From: Verrucomicrobiota bacterium
GTDB taxonomy: Bacteria; Verrucomicrobiota; Verrucomicrobiia; Opitutales; Coraliomargaritaceae
Direction: 5' to 3'
NCBI GenBank assembly: GCA_039815375.1
Contig: JBCBZJ010000001.1
Coordinates: 1-64,000, forward strand
DNA length: 64,000 nt
Shown: piece after piece, positions 12,743 through 22,035 of the stretch
How positions within the stretch are numbered: the first letter of the stretch is position 1
How the letters are laid out: each line of letters begins with the position of its first letter
Program-made: the position numbers and the translations under genes
The notes under the pieces: model-generated
What the model saw: only the letters and a program-made list of their open reading frames with translations
The model's database searches: none
What the model was told of the DNA's origin: nothing

Positions 12743-13243
12743 TTACCAGCTGAAGGATGGAGAACTGACGGAACTACCGCCTGCTGCGATGGTCAGGTTG
12801 TCTCCTTCTGACCAGAACTCATCGTTGATGAGGAACTTGAAGGTCACTTCACCCTTTACTCCAGTGGCACTGAAAGCCCACTCATACGGACTGATGTTCT
12901 CCAGGACAGTACCTTTTTCCCAGGACAGGCCGGCGCCTTCACCACGGATGTAGAGGCTGTTTCCAAAGCCGACATCGACATTCGCAACGATCAATGTCTT
13001 CTCCACTTTCTTAGTGGCGACTTTTTTGACTGGAGTCTTTGAGGTGGCTACCTTTTTGGCAGCTACCTTTTTCACTGGAGCCTTTTTGGCCGGAGCCTTC
13101 TTCACTGGTACCGGAGCAGCAGTGGCTTTCTTGGCCGGGGCCTTCTTCACTGGTGTAGGAGCGATAGTGACTTTCTTTGCCGGAGCCTTTTTGACGGCGA
13201 CTTTCTTGGCAGCTTTTTTAGTGGTGGTTTTCTTGATAGCCAT
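12743..13243 (-). CDS. Lys/Ala-rich histone H1-like N-terminus fused to a small Ig/CBM-like C-terminal domain
   Basis: Repeated KKAPAKK/KKVA units over ~80 aa, then beta-rich domain VDVGFGNSLYIRGEGAGLSWEKG...FKFLIND. Confidence 0.8.
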   Translation of the reverse strand: MAIKKTTTKKAAKKVAVKKAPAKKVTIAPTPVKKAPAKKATAAPVPVKKAPAKKAPVKKVAAKKVATSKTPVKKVATKKVEKTLIVANVDVGFGNSLYIRGEGAGLSWEKGTVLENISPYEWAFSATGVKGEVTFKFLINDEFWSEGDNLTIAAGGSSVSSPSFSW

Positions 13244-13399
13244 TGGACTGGTTCTTTAAGGAATGATGAAGATGTTGTTATTTTTGTTAGTTAAAACCGG
13301 ATTATTCCGTTCAACTGAAGTAGTAAGCAAATAAAAAGCCAAATTAGCACCCAATAACTACCTCGCAGGTAAAGAATGCGCAAACTTCAGTAGTGGTGC

Positions 13400-14041
13400 T
13401 TATTCCCCGGTTAACAGGTAGATGACTTCCTCTGCAAGATTCTTGGCGTGATCGCCGATTCGTTCGATCGACTTGGAGATGAGAATCGTCTCCACACGAG
13501 TGGCGGTGCTCGTCTCGTTGCCATTTGCCCCAGCAGCAGATAGGGTATCAAAGTTTGCCTTGTTGATACGGTCGACTTCCTTGTCTCGTCTGATAATAGC
13601 GTGGGCCTTGTCGAGGTCCTCCTCCACTAGTGAAGTGATCGCATCGCTCATCATTTCAAAGGCCAGCAGGCTCATGGCACGGATATCGGCGGTGTGTTCA
13701 ATACGACCATCACGAGTCAGAATGTTCCGGGTTTTCTTGGCAATGCTGTGTGCTTCGTCGCCGGCACGCTCCAGGTCATGGCTTGCCTTGATCGCGACCA
13801 TAATCAGTCGCACATCACTGGATACCGGCGAACGGAGCGTAATATAGCGAACCGACTCGTGGTCGATCTGCATCTCAAGCTCGTCGATGGCGTCGTCCAT
13901 GGCGGCTGCCTTTTGCGTCAACTCCATGTCGCTGTTGAGGAAGCCGTTCACGGCGATGCGCCCTGCCTCGCTGGCTTTTTCGCCGATCAGGATGAGTTTG
14001 CTACGAATACTCTCCAGCTCGCTATGGAAATATCGGTTCAT
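13400..14041 (-). CDS. phoU: phosphate signalling complex protein PhoU
   Basis: Two PhoU repeats ([23 protein letters not shown]), downstream of pstB. Confidence 0.96.
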   Translation of the reverse strand: MNRYFHSELESIRSKLILIGEKASEAGRIAVNGFLNSDMELTQKAAAMDDAIDELEMQIDHESVRYITLRSPVSSDVRLIMVAIKASHDLERAGDEAHSIAKKTRNILTRDGRIEHTADIRAMSLLAFEMMSDAITSLVEEDLDKAHAIIRRDKEVDRINKANFDTLSAAGANGNETSTATRVETILISKSIERIGDHAKNLAEEVIYLLTGE

Positions 14042-14079
14042 TCGTTTTCTGGTGGGAATGGGTTAATGATGGGGAAGGG

Positions 14080-14865
14080 TCAACCAAAACGTCCGGAAAC
14101 GTAGGCTTCGGTCTGTTGATCGCTTGGATTCATGAAGATATTATCGGTCACGTCGTATTCGATGAGTTTACCAAGGTAGAAAAAAGCAGTGCGGTCCGAG
14201 ACACGAGCGGCTTGCTGCATATTGTGAGTGACGATCACAATGGTGTAGTCCTTCTTCAGCTCATGGATGAGCTCCTCGACTTTTGCGGTCGCGATGGGGT
14301 CAAGTGCGGAGCAGGGCTCGTCCATCAGTAGGATCTTCGGTTTCACCGCCAATGCGCGGGCGATGCAGAGGCGTTGCTGTTGGCCGCCTGACATGCCGAG
14401 TGCACTTTCATTGAGACGGTCTTTGACCTCATCCCAGAGTGCAGCGGAGCGAAGGCAGTCCTCGACGACTTCATCCAGCACCTTTTTGCTCTTCACGCCC
14501 TGGATTCTCAGGCCGTAGGCGATATTCTCATAAATCGATTTAGGGAAAGGATTGGACTTCTGAAAGACCATGCCGACGTGCTTGCGCAGTTCGATGACAT
14601 CGACCGATTCGTCATAGATGTTTACGCCATCGATGTGAATCGAGCCACCTGTAATGCGTGCGATATCGATAAGGTCGTTCATGCGATTGAAGCAGCGCAG
14701 GAAGGTCGATTTGCCACAACCGGATGGGCCGATGAAGGCGGTGACCTCTTTTTCATGGACATCCATGTTTATCTGGTAGAGCGCCTGTGTCGTGCCATAT
14801 GCGAAATCGAAGTTTCGTATCTTAATGACCGTCTTGAGCGGAGGAGAATTTTCTGTGTCGGACAT
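14080..14865 (-). CDS. pstB: phosphate ABC transporter ATPase PstB
   Basis: [45 protein letters not shown]. Confidence 0.99.
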   Translation of the reverse strand: MSDTENSPPLKTVIKIRNFDFAYGTTQALYQINMDVHEKEVTAFIGPSGCGKSTFLRCFNRMNDLIDIARITGGSIHIDGVNIYDESVDVIELRKHVGMVFQKSNPFPKSIYENIAYGLRIQGVKSKKVLDEVVEDCLRSAALWDEVKDRLNESALGMSGGQQQRLCIARALAVKPKILLMDEPCSALDPIATAKVEELIHELKKDYTIVIVTHNMQQAARVSDRTAFFYLGKLIEYDVTDNIFMNPSDQQTEAYVSGRFG

Positions 14866-14894
14866 GATATGAATTTTTGAAATGGGTGTTTAGC

Positions 14895-16100
14895 CTACCA
14901 GCGATATTTCTTACGCATGCGGACGCGTAGGAGGATGCTGCTCAGGGCAAAGCCACCTACGATAAAAAGGAAAACGAAGGCGGCTCCATACTGCATATCT
15001 CGGGTGTATTCATTCTGAGGGATTTTCGAGCTGACCACGTAAATGTGGTAGGGCAGAGCCATGACTCCCTGGAAGAAGAAGTCGGTCCATTTGTTGAGGC
15101 CCTCCCATGGGAGCTGGTCGCGCAGCGCGAAGGCTGCGGTGAACATGATCGGGGCGGTTTCGCCAGCCACACGGGCGATGCCCATAATGGATGAAGTCAG
15201 GATGCCGGGTAGGGCGTAGGGCAGCACGTTGGTGCGGATCGTCGTCCACTGGGTGGCCCCGAGTGCGAGCGATCCTTCCCGAAAGCCTTTCGGGATCGCT
15301 CGCATGGATTCCTCGCTCGCTGTGATGATCACCGGAAGGGCCATGATCGCTAGAGTGAACCAGCCGGCAAGCATCGACACGCCCCAGCCGAAGAAGAGCA
15401 CGAACATTCCGAAACCGAAGAGCCCGAACACGATCGAAGGCACCCCGGAGAGGTTGAGAATCGATAGGCGAATCATCTGCAGTGTGCGCCCCGGGCGGCT
15501 GTATTCACTCAGGTAGATGGCGCAGAGCACGCCGAGCGTGAGTGCAATGGCAATCGAGCCTGCAACCAGCAGGCAAGTGCCGATGATAGCCGGGCCGATG
15601 CCCCCACCACTGTAGGCGTAATTGCTGTAGACGTAGTCTTCTTTTGAGGGAGTTTCGCTGAGTTCCCTGTATTCGCTATCGCTATAGCGTAGCCGGCCCT
15701 CTTTGCGCTCCTCGTCGAGTGCATCGTAATTTTCATCTAGAGCGGCAATCTGTGCCTTGAGTATGATCTTTTGCTCGGGGTCGCTTTTTCCAAGATCCCT
15801 GAGGTCCCTGCGCAGGCTGAGGCGTTCGCGATTGATGCTCTCCATTTCCTCGTAGACAGCCTTGGGTTCATAGACGTGGAGCGTCTGCGGCTTTTGGGTG
15901 AGGAAGGTGATATTGATGAATGGTGCTTCGGTCGTGAAGACCGCTTTCGAGCCGTTGATCGCAATATTCGCAAAGATATATCCCGCAGCTAATATGACGA
16001 TGTAGGTTGCGAGGCGAAACATCCACTGGATGAGCCCTTCGTAAAAGCGACGCTTCGATGGGCGGCGCGTAAAGGCAGGAGGCTGTGTTTTATTGGGCAT
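14895..16100 (-). CDS. pstA: phosphate ABC transporter permease PstA (with periplasmic insertion)
   Basis: [38 protein letters not shown]. Confidence 0.97.
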   Translation of the reverse strand: MPNKTQPPAFTRRPSKRRFYEGLIQWMFRLATYIVILAAGYIFANIAINGSKAVFTTEAPFINITFLTQKPQTLHVYEPKAVYEEMESINRERLSLRRDLRDLGKSDPEQKIILKAQIAALDENYDALDEERKEGRLRYSDSEYRELSETPSKEDYVYSNYAYSGGGIGPAIIGTCLLVAGSIAIALTLGVLCAIYLSEYSRPGRTLQMIRLSILNLSGVPSIVFGLFGFGMFVLFFGWGVSMLAGWFTLAIMALPVIITASEESMRAIPKGFREGSLALGATQWTTIRTNVLPYALPGILTSSIMGIARVAGETAPIMFTAAFALRDQLPWEGLNKWTDFFFQGVMALPYHIYVVSSKIPQNEYTRDMQYGAAFVFLFIVGGFALSSILLRVRMRKKYRW

Positions 16101-16110
16101 CGCTCAAATC

Positions 16111-17919
16111 CTAGGGTTTGATCTTGCTGAAACGTCGGACGACCCATTGGGCTCCGTAATTGATAGCCAAAGAGACAAAAAATAGGACGATGCCTACCAT
16201 AAAGAGGGCACGGTAGTGGAGGCTGCCGTGCACTACTTCGCCCATCTCTTGAGCAATGATTCCCGTCATTGTGTGAACCGGTTCGACAAAGACGCCGAGG
16301 CCTTCGGTGAAGTCGGGAATCTTGATGCGATTGCCTGCGCAGAGCAGCACGACCATGGTTTCGCCAATCACCCGGCCGAAGCCCAGCATGATAGCCGAAA
16401 TGATCCCGGATATAGCGGTGGGCACGATGACTCGTATGGTTGTCTGGAGACGGGTCGCTCCCATCGCGAGGGACGCTTCCTTGAAGTGCCGTGGCACGTT
16501 GTTGATTGCGTCTTCGGCCAGCGTGAAAATCGTAGGGATGGCCATGAGCGCGAGCAGGCAGCCTGCGGTAAAGGCGTTCAGGCGCTCTTGAATCGGGAAG
16601 AAGGGCACCCACTCCATGAAGCCCTGCTGCGAAAGTAGGCGGAGTGCCTCACCGAAGACGACGATGCCGAAGAACCCAATCACGACAGACGGAATCGCGG
16701 ATACGAATTCTATGTAAGGCTTGATCAGATTACGCTCGGTTGGGCCGGCGATTTGGTTGACATAAATAGCCGCACCGACGCCGAAAGGAATGGCGAAGAA
16801 TAGGGCGATGCCGGAAATGAGTAGGGAGCCGGATAGCAAGGGGAGGAGGCCATACCAGTCTTGCTGGTCACTGGCAGTTACCCATTCGCGTCCGGTCAGA
16901 AATGAGCCGAGTGCCTGCCAGAAGGAAATCGGCTTGGACTGATCCCAGTTGACCAGTTTTTGCTTATGTTCGGCAAAGCTACCATAGAACATGGTGTTCA
17001 GCTCTCCAAAAGTGTTTATGCGCTTATCAATTGCCGAGCTGTTGAAGTCGATGCCGCCTGCTTTTGCCGATACATCGCGCAGCTTGCCTTCAAGTCGCTG
17101 AAGGATCTGTGCGTATTCGTCCTGTTCATTCGTTATCGTGATGATGCGCTGGGAGAAATCGACCGGCTTGATGCTGGCCTGCACGGAGTCGTATTCATCC
17201 TGAAGTAGGCTGGCGAAGCGCTTGCGGTCTGTTTCGGTCATCTCGCCGCCATTCTGTATTTCGCCTGCTCGCTCCCTGTAGGCGGGTGCTTTGAGATCGC
17301 CGGGGGCGGCGTTGCGGGCGTATTCATTCATGCGCAAGGCGTATTTCGCCCGATCGTCATCACGCATCGTATACTTTGGGTTCGAGACTTCAGCGATACG
17401 GTCGGCGTAATTTGCTAGAGTTTCTCGCAAATTCTCATTTGTGCTGAACTGGTCGCGAATCGCGATGGCTTCCTTCATCTTGCCTTGAACGAAACGGCGC
17501 AATTCCGAGCCGGCGCGCATATAGCCGAGGAAGAAGTCTTTCGGCTGCGGGGCCAAGACCACCTTGTTGATTTCCTGTCTGGTTCGGCCATCTGCCTCGA
17601 GCTCTTTTATCCAATCGGCCTTAACATCGTTCAGATAGCGGGTGAGCTCGGTATAGGCCTCCTGTTTTTCTTTCAGAATATCAACGTATTCGAGTCCGGA
17701 TAGCCGATATTTCTCAAGGCTATTGTGGTATTGCCCGATAAAACCCGCGCCTTCTTTGAAGAGGAAGATTGTGATCAGTCCAAGGATGACGATGGCAACC
17801 ATTGCATTGCTGCCGAAGAAACTCTTGATGATCGAGTCAGAGTCTTTTCCGAATAAAAAAGGCCTGCGCTGACTGAATGCAGGTTTTTGAGATTCGTGCT
17901 GTGGCTGTGTTTCGTCCAT
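16111..17919 (-). CDS. pstC: phosphate ABC transporter permease PstC (large periplasmic helical domain)
   Basis: [31 protein letters not shown], with a ~280-aa soluble insert after TM1. Confidence 0.97.
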   Translation of the reverse strand: MDETQPQHESQKPAFSQRRPFLFGKDSDSIIKSFFGSNAMVAIVILGLITIFLFKEGAGFIGQYHNSLEKYRLSGLEYVDILKEKQEAYTELTRYLNDVKADWIKELEADGRTRQEINKVVLAPQPKDFFLGYMRAGSELRRFVQGKMKEAIAIRDQFSTNENLRETLANYADRIAEVSNPKYTMRDDDRAKYALRMNEYARNAAPGDLKAPAYRERAGEIQNGGEMTETDRKRFASLLQDEYDSVQASIKPVDFSQRIITITNEQDEYAQILQRLEGKLRDVSAKAGGIDFNSSAIDKRINTFGELNTMFYGSFAEHKQKLVNWDQSKPISFWQALGSFLTGREWVTASDQQDWYGLLPLLSGSLLISGIALFFAIPFGVGAAIYVNQIAGPTERNLIKPYIEFVSAIPSVVIGFFGIVVFGEALRLLSQQGFMEWVPFFPIQERLNAFTAGCLLALMAIPTIFTLAEDAINNVPRHFKEASLAMGATRLQTTIRVIVPTAISGIISAIMLGFGRVIGETMVVLLCAGNRIKIPDFTEGLGVFVEPVHTMTGIIAQEMGEVVHGSLHYRALFMVGIVLFFVSLAINYGAQWVVRRFSKIKP

Positions 17920-17976
17920 GCGTGGCGCGATGTTGGGATTCGATCGTCAGTGTGCAACCTTATCGGAGGCCTCTAT

Positions 17977-17994
17977 TGTTACGTTTATGTTACA
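17977..17994 (-). promoter_or_regulatory. Pho-box-like direct repeat upstream of pstC
   Basis: TGTTACG-ttta-TGTTACA on + strand (11-bp period), ~60 bp upstream of pstC start. Confidence 0.7.
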
Positions 17995-18012
17995 GCACCT
18001 ATCGTGTTCACC

Positions 18013-18046
18013 AAAAAAGAGCCGCTGCGAGGTGCAGCGGCTCTTT
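18013..18046 (-). terminator. terminator downstream of pstS
   Basis: AAAAAAGAGCCGCTGC-GAGGT-GCAGCGGCTCTTT, giving a U-tract on the minus strand. Confidence 0.88.
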
Positions 18047-18072
18047 GCTAAAGTCCTGATAATCAGTTGATT

Positions 18073-18897
18073 CTAGTAGATCGGCAGGAAGTGCACGCGG
18101 TTGACGATCTCCTGACCTTCCGGGCTCATGCTGAAACCGATAAAATCATTGGCCAGCGGGCTTAGTTTCGCACCGGTGTTGATCAGGTAGTAAAGTGGGC
18201 GAGCAAGGGGATACGCAGGGTCTTCAGGGCTTGCGCCGTCGACCGGAAGCACCTTCACGCCTGGTGTGCCGATATAGGCGAGTCCGACATATCCGATGCC
18301 ATTTGGATTATTCGCGACCTCTGTGGCAATTTGTTCGTTGCCGGCCATTTTCTGTGTATCGGGGCCGTAATCACGTGAAGCCATGCCAAGCTTCTGGAAG
18401 ACGGCATAGGTGCCGGAAGAAGTGTTGCGCGTGTAAGCAGAGATGGCGCCAGTCTCTGTGGAGATGCCAGACCAATCAGTAACGTCACCTGTGAAGATGA
18501 GTTCAACTTCCTCAAGGCTGATGCTTTCAAGCGGGTTGGCTTCATTGACAATGATTGCAATACCGTCTTTCGCCATGGTGAGCTTCTTCATGTCGACGCC
18601 CTTTGCCTTCGCCTTGGCGACTTCCTTCTCCTTAACGTCACGGGATGACATGCCGATTTCTGCTGTGCCGTCGATAACCGAGGCAACGCCTGTGGAGGAG
18701 CCTTCAGCGGCAATTTCGAAGGAGACTTCGACGCCGTGGGCAGCCATCTTAGCCTTAAACTCTTCAGCGAGCTGGGGCACCATCTTGGCGCCGAGTGTGT
18801 CGGAACCCTTGATGACGATGGTTTCATTGGCACTCGCCTGCGCTGCTAAAACGGATAGGGCTGCGATGAGGCTGCGGAGGATGGTTGATCTCTTCAT
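18073..18897 (-). CDS. pstS: phosphate ABC transporter substrate-binding protein PstS
   Basis: Signal peptide from ATG 18897, [34 protein letters not shown]. Confidence 0.96.
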   Translation of the reverse strand: MKRSTILRSLIAALSVLAAQASANETIVIKGSDTLGAKMVPQLAEEFKAKMAAHGVEVSFEIAAEGSSTGVASVIDGTAEIGMSSRDVKEKEVAKAKAKGVDMKKLTMAKDGIAIIVNEANPLESISLEEVELIFTGDVTDWSGISTETGAISAYTRNTSSGTYAVFQKLGMASRDYGPDTQKMAGNEQIATEVANNPNGIGYVGLAYIGTPGVKVLPVDGASPEDPAYPLARPLYYLINTGAKLSPLANDFIGFSMSPEGQEIVNRVHFLPIY

Positions 18898-19001
18898 GTT
18901 CGTATGGTTTTCTTGATATAATATAGCGCCTGCATCCACATGGGGGTGTCTGCGGGAAGCCTGTAACATAGACCTCTTTTGTGCCAGTTTTATGGCTATA
19001 G

Positions 19002-19019
19002 TGTTACAGCAATGTTAAG
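19002..19019 (-). promoter_or_regulatory. Pho-box-like direct repeat upstream of pstS
   Basis: TGTTACA-gcaa-TGTTAAG (11-bp period), same heptamer pair as at 35795-35812. Confidence 0.7.
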
Positions 19020-19213
19020 TTTTACATTATTTGAAGTGCAAACATCTGGATCATTACGCCTTCATTATTTCTTAATTATCTGTTAATCAGTATTATAGGT
19101 AATTATACGTATTTTTGGTGTAAGTTGCGTGCGTTCAATTTCTGGCCGAGCAGATTTTCGGAAAACGTCAATTGTTACGCTGTAACCTGAATGTTTCGCC
19201 AAGGACTCATGAG

Positions 19214-19293
19214 CGTCACTTCAGCGTAACAATTCACGTTTATGTAACACAAAAGAGACAATGCCGTAACACGCAGGAGATAGTTTTGTTACG
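19214..19293 (+). promoter_or_regulatory. Pho-box-like phased repeat array upstream of phosphate porin
   Basis: CGTCACT/CGTAACA at 19214/19225; TGTAACA, AGAGACA, CGTAACA, GGAGATA, TGTTACG at 19243, 19254, 19265, 19276, 19287 (11-bp steps). Confidence 0.7.
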
Positions 19294-19326
19294 TTGTCTT
19301 CTGCAACGAAACCGAATTAACAAACT

Positions 19327-20490
19327 ATGAAACTTAATAAAATCACACAACTTGCTATGCTTCTCGGAGCTACATCGACGTTGGCAACTTCGAATGATGC
19401 GCTCCTCGATTTGTTGGTAAAGAAGGGCATCTTGACGGAGACCGAAGCGACGACTGTCGCCGCGGAACTCAAGGAGGAGAATAAAGGGATCAGCTTTTCC
19501 GCAAAGGGTAAAGAGACCGTTAAGCTGCGCTTCAATGGTCGCATGCACTTCCAATACGATCAACTCGATGCTGAGGATGAATTGGGAGATGAAGCTTCCT
19601 CGAACCATTTCTACTTCCGTCGTCTTCGTCTTGGTGTTAAAGCGACCCATGAGAATGGCCTTTATGCGGAGACAGTTGTCGATTTTGCCGAGAACGATCT
19701 CGCTATCGACAAAGCGGTTGCAGGCTTTGAGTTCAATGATGCGTTCACTGGCATCGTTGGCTATCAGAAGGTGCCCTTTGGTTTTCAGGAGACGACCTCC
19801 TCCTCCAAGATCAAGACCATAGAACGTTCTGCGGCGAATCGCTTTTTTGCGGACGACATTGATTTCGCCGGGCGCCACACCGGTTTGCATGCAAAGGGTG
19901 ACCTTGGTGGTGGCTTCAGCTATGCCGCTGCTGTTGTGAACGCGGCGCAGGGCGAAGGCTCCCGCCTCCTCGGTGCGTCAAACGCAGATAACGATCTGGC
20001 AGTATTTGGTCGAGTGCAGTGGGCCGGCGAGGGTTTCACCGTTGGCCTTGATGGGGGTAGCCAGTCCAACAATTCTGTTGTTGGCGAAGATGTCGTCGCG
20101 TTCACGGGTTATATCAACTACAAGTTCGAAGGCTTTGACGTTCTCGGCGAATACTTCACCGGAGACCTTGATGCAATGGATGATGTTGAAGGTTATGCGA
20201 TTCGCATCGCTTACAAGATCAACGACAAGTTTGAACCCGTCTTCCGTTTCTCGCACCTCAAGTCCGACATGTTTGAAATCGACACGGACGAGCTCATTCG
20301 CCGTGCTCCCGGTGTGAAAGTTACCGGGGCTGACAGCGAAATAGACTCTTACTATTTTGGTCTGAACTACTACTACAACCCTGCTCTCAGCTTCATGGTC
20401 GGTTATGAAATCGCCGATGCGGAGAATGGTGCAGGTACTGAAGAAAATGAAGTCGACGGTCTTCGCGCCCGTCTCCAGGTCCTCTGGTAG
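19327..20490 (+). CDS. phosphate-selective outer-membrane porin (OprO/OprP family)
   Basis: Signal peptide, FYFRRLRLGVK, GYQKVPFG.QETTSS...TIERS motifs, C-terminal aromatic beta-signal RLQVLW, divergent from pstS. Confidence 0.85.
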   Translation: MKLNKITQLAMLLGATSTLATSNDALLDLLVKKGILTETEATTVAAELKEENKGISFSAKGKETVKLRFNGRMHFQYDQLDAEDELGDEASSNHFYFRRLRLGVKATHENGLYAETVVDFAENDLAIDKAVAGFEFNDAFTGIVGYQKVPFGFQETTSSSKIKTIERSAANRFFADDIDFAGRHTGLHAKGDLGGGFSYAAAVVNAAQGEGSRLLGASNADNDLAVFGRVQWAGEGFTVGLDGGSQSNNSVVGEDVVAFTGYINYKFEGFDVLGEYFTGDLDAMDDVEGYAIRIAYKINDKFEPVFRFSHLKSDMFEIDTDELIRRAPGVKVTGADSEIDSYYFGLNYYYNPALSFMVGYEIADAENGAGTEENEVDGLRARLQVLW

Positions 20491-20522
20491 AATTGAGTCA
20501 GGCCAGTGTTTTTTGTTTTTCG

Positions 20523-20555
20523 AGCCCGGAGTGCATGTGCACTCCGGGCTTTTTT
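20523..20555 (+). terminator. terminator of porin gene
   Basis: AGCCCGGAGTGCA-TG-TGCACTCCGGGCT followed by T-run. Confidence 0.9.
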
Positions 20556-20560
20556 GATGG

Positions 20561-20636
20561 GGTAGGGACGGCTGCCCCCAGCCGTCCGGCTCCATGATTG
20601 TGGTTTAGCGGACGCCTGAGGGCAGGCGTCCCTACC
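20561..20636. repeat. GTAG-family REP doublet in inverted orientation (REPIN-like)
   Basis: Left GGTAG-GGACGGCTG-CCCC-CAGCCGTCC-G; right (reverse complement) GGTAG-GGACGCCTG-CCCT-CAGGCGTCC-G; ~20-bp spacer. Confidence 0.8.
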
Positions 20637-20665
20637 ATATCTCATGCATACGATTAGCCTCTACC

Positions 20666-20752
20666 TTAATAAAGCGGCAGGAAATGCGCCTGTTCGATGA
20701 TATGCTGGCCCTGAGGGCTTAGGGTGAAGCCGATGAAGTCGTTCGCGATGGG
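20666..20752 (-). pseudogene. pstS: 3' remnant of a second pstS paralog
   Basis: PIANDFIGFTLSPQGQHIIEQAHFLPLY* matches the C-terminus of the intact PstS ([28 protein letters not shown]) at 18/28 residues by manual alignment. Confidence 0.85.
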
Positions 20753-20753
20753 G

Positions 20754-21023
20754 ATGGATGTGCCCTGGCCGGAGAAACTGCCGATGAGCACAACCTGGGT
20801 CTTCCTAGGACTCCTTGCCGGTCGTGAGGTCGGTATCGCGATCCGTTTGCGCCTGCGCAAGAAAAACAAGGTATCGAATCTGATCTTCCGCGACGCCGGA
20901 AAGGCCTTCTTCGGCTCCGCGATTGCGGTGGTGTTGGCGCTCTTCCTTCCGTTGTTCGTATCGCCCGTAATCAGTGATGCCCCGGATGAAGTTCCGGTGA
21001 TTGAGCAAGCAGTCGGGCCTTAG
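20754..21023 (+). pseudogene. 3' remnant of a membrane transporter, PiT/PHO4-like C-terminal motif
   Basis: LPMSTTWVFLGLLAGRE resembles the PiT C-terminal P(V)STT motif, followed by a TM helix; no 5' part. Confidence 0.6.
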
Positions 21024-21028
21024 TCTGT

Positions 21029-21415
21029 TTACCAGACCACTTTTACTGGATACTGGCTGAATTTCTGGTCGCTGCTGATGATTGGCAATTTGAGTCGCTT
21101 TGCGATGCACAGGAGCAACCAGTCAAAGGGGTCTTTGTGAATCTCTGGAAGCTCACCGATGTTGTAAATATCCTCGTTCTCCAGAGGTAGAAAATTCAGA
21201 GAGAAGGCCTCGATTCGTGCAGGTAAATAATGCTCCGGTTTGTCCGGTAAAGGCAGCTTCCCTAGTTTGTTCTTAAGTGTGATTTCAAGTATGGAAACTT
21301 GACTGAAAAAGAGCTGGTTTTCCTGAGCTTCGATCACGCGACGGGCTGCCTCGGAGAGTTTCTCAGGTTCTATCCACGAGTAGATAGCCGCATTCGTGTC
21401 AAGTAGGGCCCTCAT
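21029..21415 (-). CDS. vapC: type II TA toxin, VapC PIN domain
   Basis: ALLDTN, SILEI, HKDPFDWLL, IISSD; 4-bp overlap with antitoxin. Confidence 0.93.
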   Translation of the reverse strand: MRALLDTNAAIYSWIEPEKLSEAARRVIEAQENQLFFSQVSILEITLKNKLGKLPLPDKPEHYLPARIEAFSLNFLPLENEDIYNIGELPEIHKDPFDWLLLCIAKRLKLPIISSDQKFSQYPVKVVW

Positions 21416-21660
21416 TTCGCCCCGAACATTTCTGCTATTTCCCGATTGGTGCTTTCGCTGTCCCAGCTTTCCGGCAGTTCCACTGTGCCCTGATCGAGTC
21501 CGAGAGGGCGAATCCGTTTTACTGAGTCGGACTGCTCCAGTGGGCGAATCTCAGCGAAGGGCACATTGCGCTCGCACAAAAGGATGCGTTCGCCGGCTTT
21601 CACCCTGCGTGCATAACGAGATAGATGCGTTTTTGCTTCGTGCATGTTCACTTTAATCAT
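21412..21660 (-). CDS. vapB: type II TA antitoxin, Phd/YefM family
   Basis: VNMHEAKTHLSRY..RV.AGE.I...ERNVPFAEI signature. Confidence 0.92.
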   Translation of the reverse strand: MIKVNMHEAKTHLSRYARRVKAGERILLCERNVPFAEIRPLEQSDSVKRIRPLGLDQGTVELPESWDSESTNREIAEMFGAK

Positions 21661-21664
21661 TCAG

Positions 21665-21698
21665 ACTAAGTTAAGTTGTAAATAAACTAAGTCAAGTT
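21665..21698. promoter_or_regulatory. direct repeat, probable TA autorepression operator overlapping a -35 (TTGACT, minus strand)
   Basis: ACTAAGTTAAGTT (21665) and ACTAAGTCAAGTT (21686), 21-bp period, immediately upstream of antitoxin ATG. Confidence 0.6.
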
Positions 21699-21885
21699 TC
21701 TGCTAATGAAAATGAAACCGTGTTTGGGATGAGAGAAGCGCTCGCGAATGATTAGCCCTGACTTCGCCGTTCTCTCCACGCGTCGCTATTTTCGAAGCCC
21801 TCTGTAATGTTGACTGTTCGCTCCATGCGTTTGTGCCGTCGGCTTAGTTACGATTGTTCGCTGTATTCGATTTTACTGCTGCCAG

Positions 21886-21923
21886 TGTTACAATGGTAAC
21901 GGAATTGTGACGGCAGGGTTATA
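21886..21923 (+). promoter_or_regulatory. Pho-box-like repeats upstream of TonB-dependent receptor
   Basis: GGTAACG/TGTGACG/GGTTATA at 21895, 21906, 21917 (11-bp steps); TGTTACAATGGT at 21886 is identical to 35795-35806. Confidence 0.6.
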
Positions 21924-22035
21924 ATCCTGTGTCTGCGTGAGATTTGAATTGTCCGAGCGTTTCGGTGGAGCACAAGTGCGCGCGTTGGTCGATGGGCTTA
22001 CTGAGGCCGTCGACCAGCAGCTACGGACAAACAAG

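Noticed and set aside
13000..13230. Short repeats as CRISPR array or VNTR
   Set aside because: Degenerate codon-phase repeats encoding KKAPAKK; no constant repeat-spacer structure and no cas genes in the window
20666..20869. 67-aa minus-strand ORF and 99-aa plus-strand ORF (20724-21023) as intact overlapping genes
   Set aside because: Each N-terminal part is the antisense of the other remnant; better explained as a deletion junction
21937..22035. Upstream ORF-track extensions of TBDR, pstS, recJ, yajC, RluA, RmlD-like and wza
   Set aside because: Downstream ATGs give proper signal peptides or family N-termini, and several extensions overlap regulatory elements or terminators
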